Positions 34,892-44,735 of a stretch of 64,000 bases of DNA are shown one piece after another. This stretch comes from Escherichia phage vB_EcoM_G2248: the sequence record MK327932.1; one strand, written 5' to 3'. The translations under genes and the position numbers were made by a program. Under the pieces are notes generated by a model that worked only from the letters and a program-made list of their open reading frames with translations, searched no databases and had not been told where the DNA came from. Position 1 is the stretch's first letter; each line of letters begins with the position of its first letter.

Positions 34892-36386
34892 CGAATACCT
34901 CTTTTACTGTATTTGCAGTGGTCTTGTCGTAGCGAATACGTTTGATGATCGGGAGAAATAAAGAGAACTCAGGTTCATCTTCTTTACGTGATTTGCTGCG
35001 AATGTACCCGTTGCATGTCATCTCAATGACTTTTCCAATCAGGTTATGACGGTCAGCCCATAACATTTCTCGGTCGAGTTCATTTCGACGATCGAACGGA
35101 ATTACACGTTCAATACCATCATCACCTTTTTCGGTTGTGGTGTCGGTTAATCCCGATCCGGTGTTAGTCATCATTCGTCCGCACGCACTACGGACAGTAA
35201 AACCGCCTACCTTATTAGGATCTTTACTATGCGGATATACATCAACAATTTCAGCGTCGAAGTCAATCACTTCTTTAAATTTAACCTGGTCTTTACTGCG
35301 ACGATCTTCAAATACACCATGTAAATTTTTAAGGATAATACCTTCTAAGCCCATGTTTACATAGCGATGATATACTTCGCGAGCTTCATCTATATTGTTA
35401 ACTACAGTGTTTTCGATTATCTGAACACGAGGATCGTTAAGTTCTTCAACAATCTGTTTTAGTTCTTCGAATCGATCTTTATATTGCTTCGTTGCTTTCT
35501 CGTTTCCGTAATACACATCACGGTCGATAACATCCCAGACAGTATAAACAATACATTGGGCTTCTTCTTTTGGAATAGTTCCTTTAAGTGATTTGTTGAG
35601 GATACCATTTCCGGTCTGACGATCTGCAACAACGGATTCTTTTACTGCTTCCGCTACTGGCGTTAATGGCATTTCCTCTTCTTCAAATATCCATGACAGA
35701 GTACCATCATAAACGCTCTCAACGAAGTTCTGCGCTGGTGTTTGCGAAAGGGTAGGCATATATACCAATTCGCCATCTAGAACAATTCCACGGCCTCGTA
35801 GACGCTCTAAAACCGCAAACAAATCATCAAGTCCTTGATAGGTATTACCTGAGCGGGTATAGATTGCTAATGTTTCCCCGTCAATATCAGCCATACCACG
35901 AGCGCCATCGCTTTTAAGTTGTGCATACGCCGGATACTTGATATTAGCAATAGTCTTATCAGAACATGACGATGCAAGGTGACACGGTTGCTGGGGGATC
36001 AGTTTCTTCCATACCTTGTTTGCAGTGGTAGCGGAACAACCACATTCCAGATCACGATTCAGGACCATCATTGCAACTTTAGCATCATCTTCTGACAAGC
36101 AAGTCAGAGTATCGGTAACTAGCTGTAATGCTGCGTTACCAGTTACTTGACGCGTGGCAAGTTTATTTTTAAAGACCTGTAATGCACCGGATAAAGACAA
36201 TACAGACGAATAACGCGATGGTTTATCGTATTTCTTTACGCCAAACGTAACCTGTTTGCAATATGCCAGATAAAAGCATTCTTTCAGTGTTTCATTGCTT
36301 GCAGATTCTTTCAGGATCTTTTCTTTCAGCGATGTTTTGTCTGTTGCTGCAAGCTGGTTAATGATATTAAGAATTGACATTTTCAC
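34884..36386 (-). CDS. 30: ATP-dependent DNA ligase gp30
   Basis: 500 aa; adenylation motif AQLKSDGARG (KxDG); position and size match T4 gene 30. Confidence 0.85.
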   Translation of the reverse strand: MKMSILNIINQLAATDKTSLKEKILKESASNETLKECFYLAYCKQVTFGVKKYDKPSRYSSVLSLSGALQVFKNKLATRQVTGNAALQLVTDTLTCLSEDDAKVAMMVLNRDLECGCSATTANKVWKKLIPQQPCHLASSCSDKTIANIKYPAYAQLKSDGARGMADIDGETLAIYTRSGNTYQGLDDLFAVLERLRGRGIVLDGELVYMPTLSQTPAQNFVESVYDGTLSWIFEEEEMPLTPVAEAVKESVVADRQTGNGILNKSLKGTIPKEEAQCIVYTVWDVIDRDVYYGNEKATKQYKDRFEELKQIVEELNDPRVQIIENTVVNNIDEAREVYHRYVNMGLEGIILKNLHGVFEDRRSKDQVKFKEVIDFDAEIVDVYPHSKDPNKVGGFTVRSACGRMMTNTGSGLTDTTTEKGDDGIERVIPFDRRNELDREMLWADRHNLIGKVIEMTCNGYIRSKSRKEDEPEFSLFLPIIKRIRYDKTTANTVKEVFDV

Positions 36387-36846
36387 CTCGTTTTGTTAAA
36401 CGTTCACGAATATCATTGAGGATACTACAAAATTCCGATTCAGTCAATATAGTCTTTAACGGATCAGTTCCACCTATGCTATGACGTAATTTCTTATTTC
36501 CTGTAGCGAGTAATGCTTTACAAAATTCTGGGTTATCCCGTGCCATCGTAACAAATGCCAGATGTACCAGTCTGTAATAATGCTCACTCATTCGATGAAT
36601 AGGGCGACCCTGAAAATATAACATGTGATTCTCAATCTTTTCAGTTCTTCCGGTTCTTTTTGCTTTGCCACCGTGCATCAAAAAGATTTCTCTTTGTCTC
36701 TGAGGGTTCTTAAATCTTAGCCCCTGTAAAAATCCTTCTGTGCTGTTAATATCGCAACCAAATAGACGGAATGGTCTTTTATTGAAATTGCTCAATTCAC
36801 CCGATGGATAAGGTCCACCCGCATAGATATCAATTTCAGAAGTCAT
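36367..36846 (-). CDS. NADAR (YbiA-like) domain protein
   Basis: GELSNF...F......EGFLQGLRF and ALLATGNKKLRHS resemble the YbiA/NADAR pattern (LSNF ... E..FQ..KF ... ALL.T....L.E). Confidence 0.55.
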   Translation of the reverse strand: MTSEIDIYAGGPYPSGELSNFNKRPFRLFGCDINSTEGFLQGLRFKNPQRQREIFLMHGGKAKRTGRTEKIENHMLYFQGRPIHRMSEHYYRLVHLAFVTMARDNPEFCKALLATGNKKLRHSIGGTDPLKTILTESEFCSILNDIRERLTKRGENVNS

Positions 36847-37052
36847 TGAAACTAATCTCGCTAATCAGAGAGAACGGATCATAATCGTCATTAGGAATAT
36901 CGATAGTAATCGAATGAGGATTTACCCATACACCAAACTGGTCTTCTTCGGTGAATACTTCGGTATGGATTTCGTGGATGTTTACATTCATAGTTTTCAT
37001 AATAAAATTCCTTAATAATCAATAACTTACAAAATCATATAGCCAAAATATA

Positions 37053-37071
37053 GGCGGGATTATTACCCGCC
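37053..37071 (-). terminator. Hairpin terminator after gene 31 (minus strand)
   Basis: GGCGGGATTATTACCCGCC with a T-rich tract on the minus strand. Confidence 0.55.
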
Positions 37072-37082
37072 GTTTAAAATCA

Positions 37083-37406
37083 TTAACCGTAAACTACCAC
37101 AATATTCTGTTTGTGTGTTACAGTCCATTTCAGGTCGATCTCTTCTTCCTTCTTAACGCCGTTAATAACGTCTGGATGAGGAACTTTATTCATCTTTCCA
37201 TGTGGCAGTAGAACAGTTTTACCCAGCAATTCTTGATCTACCGTTTCACCAATATCAATAATCTTACCTACCAGCGGAATCTCGCCCATAGTGCGCTTTT
37301 GCTCAATAATGATCCCCATAGAGCTTTTTACTTCGGTCCCTGCGCTTTCTGCTTTAGCTTCGATAATTACATAATCACCAAGTGCTTTAGGAGTTTTAAC
37401 GGTCAT
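37083..37406 (-). CDS. 31: Co-chaperonin gp31 (GroES-like)
   Basis: 107 aa (T4 gp31 is 111 aa); GroES-like layout (GDYVIIEA ... NKVPHP); position after ligase. Confidence 0.75.
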   Translation of the reverse strand: MTVKTPKALGDYVIIEAKAESAGTEVKSSMGIIIEQKRTMGEIPLVGKIIDIGETVDQELLGKTVLLPHGKMNKVPHPDVINGVKKEEEIDLKWTVTHKQNIVVVYG

Positions 37407-37447
37407 AATTTTATTACCTCTTCAAATCAATACAGTTTAATGATGAA

Positions 37448-37768
37448 TTATTTATAAATTTCGACGATCTGCGCTGGAGTCAGCCCGTCTACATTAATCA
37501 GACTATCAAGCCCAAAACTACGGAAACCTTCAACTGCAATTTCATATACTGGCAAAGATGTTTCTGATTCTTTACGCGGTTTTTCAACATTCGGAACTAA
37601 CCACTTTTCGTATGTTTCGAAAGGCATCAGTGCCGGATCTCGCGTAGCGATCATATCTCGGACAGTACCATCTTTCTTAGTAAACTGCAAAGAGTGAGTA
37701 CCGACCGAAAACATTTTCTTTAGTGCTTCACGAAGTGCGATATTATCAACTTGTTCAGTCATTATCAA
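37448..37768 (-). CDS. Hypothetical protein (106 aa)
   Basis: ORF between cd and 31; overlaps the cd stop. Confidence 0.4.
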   Translation of the reverse strand: MIMTEQVDNIALREALKKMFSVGTHSLQFTKKDGTVRDMIATRDPALMPFETYEKWLVPNVEKPRKESETSLPVYEIAVEGFRSFGLDSLINVDGLTPAQIVEIYK

Positions 37769-38261
37769 TACCCTTCAAATCAGTCAATAATGCTTTTGGA
37801 ATACGCGTGATCGTAATATCGGCATTATTCAGAATATCAGCCCAATCACGCCCACCATTTCGATCATATGTGTCGCAATAGTATAGATGTTTAATTCCAC
37901 TGTTTGCAATTGCTTTAGCGCAATCTGGACACGGTGAAGCAGTACACCACATACTAGCGCCTTCAATCGATACACCGCTACGGGCAGCAAACAAAATAGC
38001 ATTTAATTCAGCGTGGATCTCGTTTTTCTGTGACCATGCACTATGCTCTGGTCGTTTTTCTGGGATCATTTTGCCGTCATCATCCAGCCAACCGCTTTTA
38101 TGTGCATGACAGCTACAATTTACTTGCCCTGCTGGAGTTCCGTTAAATCCAGTAGAAATGATTCGCCCGTCTTTTTCGATCAGTGCGCCTACCTTCCACG
38201 AAACACATTTAGAGTTCTTTGCGATCAGATAGGCGATCTGCATGTAAGTTTGTGACAACAT
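37755..38261 (-). CDS. cd: dCMP deaminase
   Basis: Cytidine/dCMP deaminase zinc motifs HAELNAI and ASPCPDCAKAI. Confidence 0.8.
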   Translation of the reverse strand: MLSQTYMQIAYLIAKNSKCVSWKVGALIEKDGRIISTGFNGTPAGQVNCSCHAHKSGWLDDDGKMIPEKRPEHSAWSQKNEIHAELNAILFAARSGVSIEGASMWCTASPCPDCAKAIANSGIKHLYYCDTYDRNGGRDWADILNNADITITRIPKALLTDLKGIDND

Positions 38262-38282
38262 AATATAATCCTCACATATTAA

Positions 38283-38486
38283 TTAACCGTATACGCGAAA
38301 GTATTCTACTGATCCGTCGCTATACTGTTTTACATTGAATGTATTCACACCATGATTATTTCTCATGATGACATATACACTGCGACGCTCATCACCAAAC
38401 GGCATAACTGGCGCTGGTTCAATATCAACACTAAAACCACGTTTAGCAAGTGCTTCGCCTAATTGCTTGATTTTATCGGTAAACAT
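38283..38486 (-). CDS. Small hypothetical protein (67 aa)
   Basis: ORF between pseT and cd; adjacent start/stop. Confidence 0.4.
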   Translation of the reverse strand: MFTDKIKQLGEALAKRGFSVDIEPAPVMPFGDERRSVYVIMRNNHGVNTFNVKQYSDGSVEYFRVYG

Positions 38487-39364
38487 TAAAAGTCTCCGTA
38501 GTTAACCTGAAAACATTCTACACCAATTGAGCGGTACATGTCAACCACTTGATCACGATCATCTACTGCCAACACAACATGATAACGCGGTGCAATTTCA
38601 GAGAAGAAAATCTCTTTCTTCACTTCATGATCGGGACGACGATCATTAGTTTCACGTTGAAAGTGATCACTCGGTTCAATACCCTGTTCACGCAACCATT
38701 GCAGAGTATCTTCTTCGCAAACATCCTCACGCCCTGAGCATGTAATGATACGATAACCATTATCACGATACAGTTTAAGCATTTCGATCACTTGCGGACG
38801 CGGTTTATCTTCTTTGACCTTTGTCCAGTCAAACGGATGACGACCGCCCTTATCCGCTAATGTTCCATCAATATCAAAGATCACTGCCTTCGGCAGCATG
38901 GTATTCGGTTTGTATACTTCTTGACCCATATATTCCTGCATCAGATAAAATTGGTTACGCAAATGAGAAAGTGGAATTGCTTTCTCGCCTCGATAGAAAT
39001 TACGTTTCTTTAGTGTCTCAAATGATTCATTGAACACTTGTTCAGTATACACCGCGTTAAATTCTTTTGCAAGTTCTTTGTAGAATACACGATGTTTTTC
39101 TTTCAGGTTAGTATCAGAGATAATGATACTTAATCCGCGTGATAGAGTCTCACGAGCAATCATTCTCTGAATAGACTCTACCAGTTTTTCTTTTTCCTTA
39201 GTATACTTGTATTTCAAATGTGAGTCAACACCAAACAACATAAGACGAAGATCATCGCGATTCACATTACGATAATTACTAAACCGTTTACACGTTTCCA
39301 TAGCCCATGTAGTTTTACCGGACCCAGAACAACCAACGGTTAAAATCACTTCACATTTCGGCAT
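38486..39364 (-). CDS. pseT: Polynucleotide 5'-kinase / 3'-phosphatase
   Basis: Walker A GCSGSGKTT in the kinase domain and HAD motif VIFDIDGTL in the phosphatase domain; start at MPKCEV with TAATG coupling. Confidence 0.85.
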   Translation of the reverse strand: MPKCEVILTVGCSGSGKTTWAMETCKRFSNYRNVNRDDLRLMLFGVDSHLKYKYTKEKEKLVESIQRMIARETLSRGLSIIISDTNLKEKHRVFYKELAKEFNAVYTEQVFNESFETLKKRNFYRGEKAIPLSHLRNQFYLMQEYMGQEVYKPNTMLPKAVIFDIDGTLADKGGRHPFDWTKVKEDKPRPQVIEMLKLYRDNGYRIITCSGREDVCEEDTLQWLREQGIEPSDHFQRETNDRRPDHEVKKEIFFSEIAPRYHVVLAVDDRDQVVDMYRSIGVECFQVNYGDF

Positions 39365-39816
39365 TATTTCTCCTTCGGTTTGCACCGTTCCTCATTAAGT
39401 TCTTTTCGATAATAACACATGATCAACTTACTTTCAAGTGTATATCTCTTAATATCAGCAAGCCAGACTCTAAATTTTTGGGAGTCCTCCCACGACATAG
39501 AAACTCTAGGTTTACCGTCTATTGTATCCACTTTCAGGTCAATGTCAACTTTTTCTATTGGTGCTGGTAGTTGAGGATGTAATTTCGGTTCCTGTGAATA
39601 ATGGTCCAGTGTACACGAAGAAAGAGCAAATACAATAGGCACAGCGAAGACATGGATTATGGCGGTCTGAAAATTCTTATGTGCTTTCTTAAACATCCGG
39701 TGTATCACGAAAATTGAAAACACCATCAGGATAATAATGCTTGCCCCTATCCCCAGATAATCAACCAGATTAAAATTGCTTATCTGCTCTTGCGTAGGCA
39801 ATATTTCTATGCTCAT
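39364..39816 (-). CDS. Membrane protein (150 aa)
   Basis: Two hydrophobic helices near the N-terminus. Confidence 0.45.
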   Translation of the reverse strand: MSIEILPTQEQISNFNLVDYLGIGASIIILMVFSIFVIHRMFKKAHKNFQTAIIHVFAVPIVFALSSCTLDHYSQEPKLHPQLPAPIEKVDIDLKVDTIDGKPRVSMSWEDSQKFRVWLADIKRYTLESKLIMCYYRKELNEERCKPKEK

Positions 39817-40136
39817 TTAGTAGCCTCCTTTAATTCTTCGGTAAACTCCTTAAATGAATCATTAAGCTGTTTCTCTACCAACTTGGGTTTTTGTGCTACT
39901 ACATAGCCTCGTGTAGCGTCTTTCATTGCTTTGTTTTGTTCTTCTGCAAACTTAGTTCTTATTCCGTACATATCCTTTTGTAGTGAGTCTACGACCTTCA
40001 TCTTTTCATCTGTCTTTTTCTTATACTCTGTAAATTCCTGATTCAGTCGGTCTACCTCCTTTTTATTTTCCCACCACATATTACCACCTACCCCTAGCAA
40101 CACAGAGATGATAACAATGTATATCAGCTTTGACAT
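39813..40136 (-). CDS. Small membrane/secreted protein
   Basis: Start taken at MSKLIYIVIISVLLGVGG (hydrophobic N-terminus) downstream of the rnlA terminator hairpin. Confidence 0.4.
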   Translation of the reverse strand: MSKLIYIVIISVLLGVGGNMWWENKKEVDRLNQEFTEYKKKTDEKMKVVDSLQKDMYGIRTKFAEEQNKAMKDATRGYVVAQKPKLVEKQLNDSFKEFTEELKEATK

Positions 40137-40180
40137 ATTACCCCCAACGACAAAAGGCGGGGAACTAGCCCCGCTTATTA

Positions 40181-41350
40181 TTACCAATCAATCTTATCAG
40201 CCGGAATAAGTTTCTTATAATTCCGTAGATAGTAAGTTTTCATTGAATCCAGAATACGGTCATAATCAAGACCATCAAATGCAATCATCAGACACATGAA
40301 AATATATGCTTGTGCATCACCATGTTTACGTGATTCGATAGTCGCATTTGATGCATATGTCTTTCTGTCTTCTCCCGCGTGTGCGTTATAAAATTCTGTT
40401 GCTGTCGTGAAGGCATTGCGAAGAATAGACCTGAATGCTTCCTCGAATAGCTCGATTCGTTCCAGTGCTTCCGGTTCGCCTTCATATGCAGCACGCAAAT
40501 CATCGGTTTCGCTTTCTACGACATAGTAGATCAGGTTATTAGGAAACATCGATGTGTTTTTAATGTTATGCACACCAATATACCATTCACTCTTCACTTT
40601 GAACATTTGACCGTCTTTAGTGCGTGCAACAATTCCTTCGATACCTTCTGCGGTCCGAACTTCGTCAAGAATATTGCCAAAACGCGCTGAATCAACCTGT
40701 AACGCATTTACCAGATGAGGACGTAGGATTGCGTCAGCAAATAGCATTTGATGCGGTACGTACTCTCCTGTGACGTTATGGCGTACATTCAGAAGTGTTA
40801 GCGACGGTTCAGAATATTCTACAACAATTCGGTTGCTGGGTGCTGTATATTCAAAGTTGAAAGTATAATCAGACCCAATATCAGCAATCTTAGCGCGTAG
40901 ATCCGCATACTTCTCTGAATACAGAAGACCGTTTGCTCTCTCTGCCTGGCTTGAGTACAAGGCCGCTTTAGACTTCAACTGAACATAGCCGTTATCAATG
41001 TATGTGCTTACTAGACTACCGTCCATTTTGTCCATGACCATTTCCACATCTTCCGGCTTAAAGCGAGCGCGATCATTCTCACCCAAATTAAAAAACTTCT
41101 CCATAGGACGAGATGCGATGCGGACCGGACGACCTTTATCGTCAATTTCAAACATGATCCCGCGACACTCTAACGCATCTGGTTTATTCCACATTTCCGG
41201 TTTGCTCAAGTACAGATAACTAAAAATGCGCATACGGGTTTGCATCGCCGTAATTTCATCTTTGTAATAGAACGTATCAGATCCGTCACATAGTGCCATC
41301 AGATTTTTGAACAATGCTAAAACTTTTTTGTTGTTTTCTTTTGTTGACAT
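40181..41350 (-). CDS. rnlA: RNA ligase 1
   Basis: N-terminus aligns with T4 RnlA (RIFSY.Y ... PDALECRGIMFE ... PVRIASRPMEKFFNL.EN). Confidence 0.85.
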   Translation of the reverse strand: MSTKENNKKVLALFKNLMALCDGSDTFYYKDEITAMQTRMRIFSYLYLSKPEMWNKPDALECRGIMFEIDDKGRPVRIASRPMEKFFNLGENDRARFKPEDVEMVMDKMDGSLVSTYIDNGYVQLKSKAALYSSQAERANGLLYSEKYADLRAKIADIGSDYTFNFEYTAPSNRIVVEYSEPSLTLLNVRHNVTGEYVPHQMLFADAILRPHLVNALQVDSARFGNILDEVRTAEGIEGIVARTKDGQMFKVKSEWYIGVHNIKNTSMFPNNLIYYVVESETDDLRAAYEGEPEALERIELFEEAFRSILRNAFTTATEFYNAHAGEDRKTYASNATIESRKHGDAQAYIFMCLMIAFDGLDYDRILDSMKTYYLRNYKKLIPADKIDW

Positions 41351-41747
41351 AATTTGTGTTCCATTCTGGTTTAAATTTGGTGATCAAAACAGGTTCTTCG
41401 ATATCGGCAGTGCTTATAATATCCTTACCCGTTGGATTCTCGATGTACAACTCAAAGCACTGTCGGTAATAGAATGTTACTGTCTTACCTTCCTCTAGCG
41501 CCTTATGAATATTCTTACTCTTGCGAGTATCCGCTGTTGGTGTTTGTCTGTTAATGCTAGTCCTGTAATAATTGATCCTCTTTCTGAGATTGACAGTCTG
41601 ACCAATGTATACCAGTTCATCATCAACAACAATAGCGTAAAGAACATTTAAACGGTTCTTCTGAGGCGGCAGAATCACATCACCATCTTTACACTCTAAA
41701 CATGAATATTTAACGAATCCATAGTTTTCTATTAGCTCATTAATCAT
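41286..41747 (-). CDS. denA: GIY-YIG endonuclease (endonuclease II-like)
   Basis: GIY-YIG-type motif LVYIGQT...R..Y; position after rnlA as in T4 denA; the true start is probably internal to avoid overlap with rnlA. Confidence 0.55.
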   Translation of the reverse strand: MINELIENYGFVKYSCLECKDGDVILPPQKNRLNVLYAIVVDDELVYIGQTVNLRKRINYYRTSINRQTPTADTRKSKNIHKALEEGKTVTFYYRQCFELYIENPTGKDIISTADIEEPVLITKFKPEWNTNYVNKRKQQKSFSIVQKSDGTM

Positions 41748-41797
41748 TATCCTTTCCTCACGTCACAACAAAGGCGGGATTTCTCCCGCCCACCTTA

Positions 41798-42196
41798 TTA
41801 ACTTTCCAGAATATCGCGAGCTTCGTTACGCTCCTTGATGATTTTCAGGACAAATTCCAGTTTTTCTTTGTTCAGTGTTCCGTTTTCCATTGCTTCTTTG
41901 ACGGTAAACACTCCGCCACCTTGCCCGTATACAGTGACAGTGATTTCACCTAACATCGTGGTGTGAAAACCGCCAATTTTCGGTGATTCGAAAGAAACAA
42001 TTACCTCGCGGACAGTATTACCGTCGTTGATTTCTGAGAGGGTAATGTCGTTTTTGTAGGCGGTTGCTTTAACCATACGGATCAGCATAGTCTGATCTGG
42101 GGAGATGGTCATTTTGTCCATTGCATGTTGCAATGCAGCGTAACCGAAAACTTTAACGAAGTCCAGAACGTCTTTGCGAGTTTGAAATTTAATCAT
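41798..42196 (-). CDS. Hypothetical protein (132 aa)
   Basis: ORF with a PeSL cassette upstream and a hairpin downstream. Confidence 0.45.
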   Translation of the reverse strand: MIKFQTRKDVLDFVKVFGYAALQHAMDKMTISPDQTMLIRMVKATAYKNDITLSEINDGNTVREVIVSFESPKIGGFHTTMLGEITVTVYGQGGGVFTVKEAMENGTLNKEKLEFVLKIIKERNEARDILES

Positions 42197-42258
42197 CTTG
42201 ATACTCCTTAGTTGTTTTGGTATGGGAGTATCTTACTACTCCCGTGATATGCTGTCAA
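42197..42258 (-). promoter_or_regulatory. PeSL-like early promoter cassette
   Basis: Minus strand: TTGACA ... GGGAGTAGTAAGATACTCCC ... leader. Confidence 0.5.
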
Positions 42259-42266
42259 CTGCTTTT

Positions 42267-42416
42267 TTATGCAACCGCAAACATCAACATTTGAACATTC
42301 TTGGCTGTCTGGCTTTCAAAGTTCTGACATTCTTTGATAATGTCCTCTACTTTCTCGCCGGAGATCTCCGCGTAAGTTTCGATTGCCATTTTCAGTACCG
42401 CGTCAAAGTTGTTCAT
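42267..42416 (-). CDS. Small hypothetical early protein (~49 aa)
   Basis: Start at MNNFDAV after a PeSL cassette. Confidence 0.35.
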   Translation of the reverse strand: MNNFDAVLKMAIETYAEISGEKVEDIIKECQNFESQTAKNVQMLMFAVA

Positions 42417-42484
42417 TTGATTCTCCTTAAAGTGTATTTCGTTTCGATGGGGGTATATTACTACCCCCCGTTTCATGCTGTCAA
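42417..42484 (-). promoter_or_regulatory. PeSL-like early promoter cassette
   Basis: Minus strand: TTGACA ... GGGGGGTAGTAATATACCCCC palindrome ... leader. Confidence 0.5.
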
Positions 42485-42703
42485 CTACTTTTTAATGACA
42501 AGTTCGAATTTTGCTACCTTGCGTCCTCGTTTATTGAAAGCAACCCACGGACGATTTTCAATGTAGAACAATTCTTCGCCAATAATGAATACTGGCTGAT
42601 TGTAAAGGCGACCCATCAGGTCACGCTGGCGAATGGTAGTAGATTCGTATACTTCGCCTACTACAAAGTGCTTGCTGATAGAGTCGGTGCAAGTAAATTT
42701 CAT
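42485..42703 (-). CDS. Small hypothetical early protein (72 aa)
   Basis: ORF between two PeSL cassettes. Confidence 0.45.
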   Translation of the reverse strand: MKFTCTDSISKHFVVGEVYESTTIRQRDLMGRLYNQPVFIIGEELFYIENRPWVAFNKRGRKVAKFELVIKK

Positions 42704-42765
42704 TTTGATTCTCCTTTGTTTCGTTTCGATGGGGGTATATTACTACCCCCGTTATTCAGTGTCAA
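42704..42765 (-). promoter_or_regulatory. PeSL-like early promoter cassette
   Basis: Near-duplicate of the cassette at 42417..42484. Confidence 0.5.
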
Positions 42766-42772
42766 CTACTTT

Positions 42773-42991
42773 TTACTTGTTGTATTCATTCCACCATTGG
42801 GTTAGCTTATCAATTATTTTTGTGTTTCTATCCAACTTATCCCACCGTTTTCGAGGGTTTATCAACCGTAATAGGTAAGGTGTACTTGTTAAGTGAACTC
42901 GGTCAATGTAGTGATTGATGTACTGTTTTTCGATTCTAAGTTTCATCTTTTTACGATGAAAATATGCAATGACTTGTTCTTCTGTTTCCAT
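42773..42991 (-). CDS. Small hypothetical early protein (~72 aa)
   Basis: Start at METEEQ after a PeSL cassette; basic, helical. Confidence 0.4.
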   Translation of the reverse strand: METEEQVIAYFHRKKMKLRIEKQYINHYIDRVHLTSTPYLLRLINPRKRWDKLDRNTKIIDKLTQWWNEYNK

Positions 42992-43089
42992 ATGTTCCTC
43001 CGTTTCGATGTGCATTATGCTATACCCCGATCCGATTGTCAACACCCAATAACAAAAAAGTCGCCACGATGGGCGACTTTGAACAAACA

Positions 43090-43566
43090 TTAATCATGAC
43101 CGTGATTTGCAATATCCGCTCGCGTCTTATCTTTGTGATTTCCTACGTCAAAGACACGATAACCATTTTCACGCAAAACTTTAATCACTTCTGGGTTATC
43201 CTCAAAGACTCCGACAACTTCATCTTTATCAAAGGATTTAATTACCTCTAATTTGATGTGATAGTCTTTACGGGAATCGGTACGGCCTCTCATAAAGATT
43301 TTATCAAAACACACCCCGTTAGAAATTAACCAATCAATTGTTTCCATGTAAGCATGTGAACTTCGTCCGGTGAGGATGTAAATCAAATGCCCGTTGTCGG
43401 AAAGAGCATTAATAACACGAATTACATCGTAAATGGGGGAATCTCCCCCACATGCTTTGTTATATTCGATCCATGACTCGACTTTATCAAGATTTTCGGT
43501 TGGCATCTTTGCTAGTCGATGCGTTGGATCTGTGATCGTAAAATCTAAATCGACAAAATATATCAT
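43090..43566 (-). CDS. HAD-family phosphatase
   Basis: HAD motif I FVDLDFTIT (DxDxT), motif II ILTGR, and Asp-containing motif FEDNPE. Confidence 0.55.
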   Translation of the reverse strand: MIYFVDLDFTITDPTHRLAKMPTENLDKVESWIEYNKACGGDSPIYDVIRVINALSDNGHLIYILTGRSSHAYMETIDWLISNGVCFDKIFMRGRTDSRKDYHIKLEVIKSFDKDEVVGVFEDNPEVIKVLRENGYRVFDVGNHKDKTRADIANHGHD

Positions 43567-44723
43567 AGATATTTCCCGAATCGGTTGTAGTCGTCGTCTG
43601 TTAAATCGGTATTAACCTGAGATACCAGATACATGATCTCTACTTCTTGCGCCGCGTTTTGAACTTCGTCAGAGTTTAACCACTTACGCATCCACGGTAA
43701 AGGATGACGACGAACACTAAACGGGCTTTTCAGTCCGGCAGCACGCATACGGGAATCTGCCAGGTATTCTACATAGGTTTTCAGAATTTCCGGTGACAGG
43801 TTAGGAATTGCCCCCATTGCGAATAAGTGATCTACCCATTCTTTTTCTTGCTCGACAACATCCAGAAAGATTTTCGTTGCTTCGCCTTCAAGTTCTTCCG
43901 CAATCTGTTTCCACTCATCACCATCAGCCCCCGTTTGCCATTGACGAATAATGTATTGTGTGCCTTTTAAGTGAAGTTGTTCATCACGCGCAATAAATTT
44001 CATGATCTTCGCGTTACCTTCCAGTAAACCACGTTCGGCAAAGCTGAAAGTACATGCAAAGGACACATAAAAACGGATTGCTTCCAGTGCATTTACGCAG
44101 TGTGCACACAGATAAATCGAAGCCATCAGATCTCGTTTTGTATCTTCAAAAAATCTTCTTGCATCATCTAATTCTGTCTGATCGTCTCGTTCTTCCCAAT
44201 AGCGGAGATCTTCTTTTGCATTCTCATACTTACGAATCCAATAGAGAACATCATCATAATATTGCCCGATAGATTCCGCTCGCTTCATGATAGCAGGGTT
44301 ATCGATGATCTGGTCGAACTCACTAGCCGGATCAATGAAACAGTTACGCATAATGTGTGTATAGCTTCGGCTATGAATCGTTTCGCTGAATGTCCATGTT
44401 TGCAACCATGTATCAAGAGTCGGATCAGATACAATTGGACCAAATGCTGCGGACGGTGCGCGACCTTGAATAGAATCAAGTAATGTCTGATACTTCAAGT
44501 TTTCGGTAAAGAAACGCTTTTCAACGTCACCCATATTAAGATATTGAATACGGTCGGTTGCAAGTGAAATCTCTTCTGGACGCCAGAAAAATGACAATTG
44601 CTTTTCGATCAGTTCTTCAAATACTTGATGACGCTGAATATCATAGCGAGCGATACCCAACCCACTACCCAGAAACATTGGTTCGTTCATAATATCAACA
44701 TGTTCGCGGTTAAATACGCTCAT
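43563..44723 (-). CDS. nrdB: Ribonucleotide reductase small subunit
   Basis: 386 aa (T4 NrdB is 388 aa); di-iron ligand pattern (E..H repeats); position before nrdA. Confidence 0.8.
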   Translation of the reverse strand: MSVFNREHVDIMNEPMFLGSGLGIARYDIQRHQVFEELIEKQLSFFWRPEEISLATDRIQYLNMGDVEKRFFTENLKYQTLLDSIQGRAPSAAFGPIVSDPTLDTWLQTWTFSETIHSRSYTHIMRNCFIDPASEFDQIIDNPAIMKRAESIGQYYDDVLYWIRKYENAKEDLRYWEERDDQTELDDARRFFEDTKRDLMASIYLCAHCVNALEAIRFYVSFACTFSFAERGLLEGNAKIMKFIARDEQLHLKGTQYIIRQWQTGADGDEWKQIAEELEGEATKIFLDVVEQEKEWVDHLFAMGAIPNLSPEILKTYVEYLADSRMRAAGLKSPFSVRRHPLPWMRKWLNSDEVQNAAQEVEIMYLVSQVNTDLTDDDYNRFGKYL

Positions 44724-44735
44724 TAATTCACCTCA

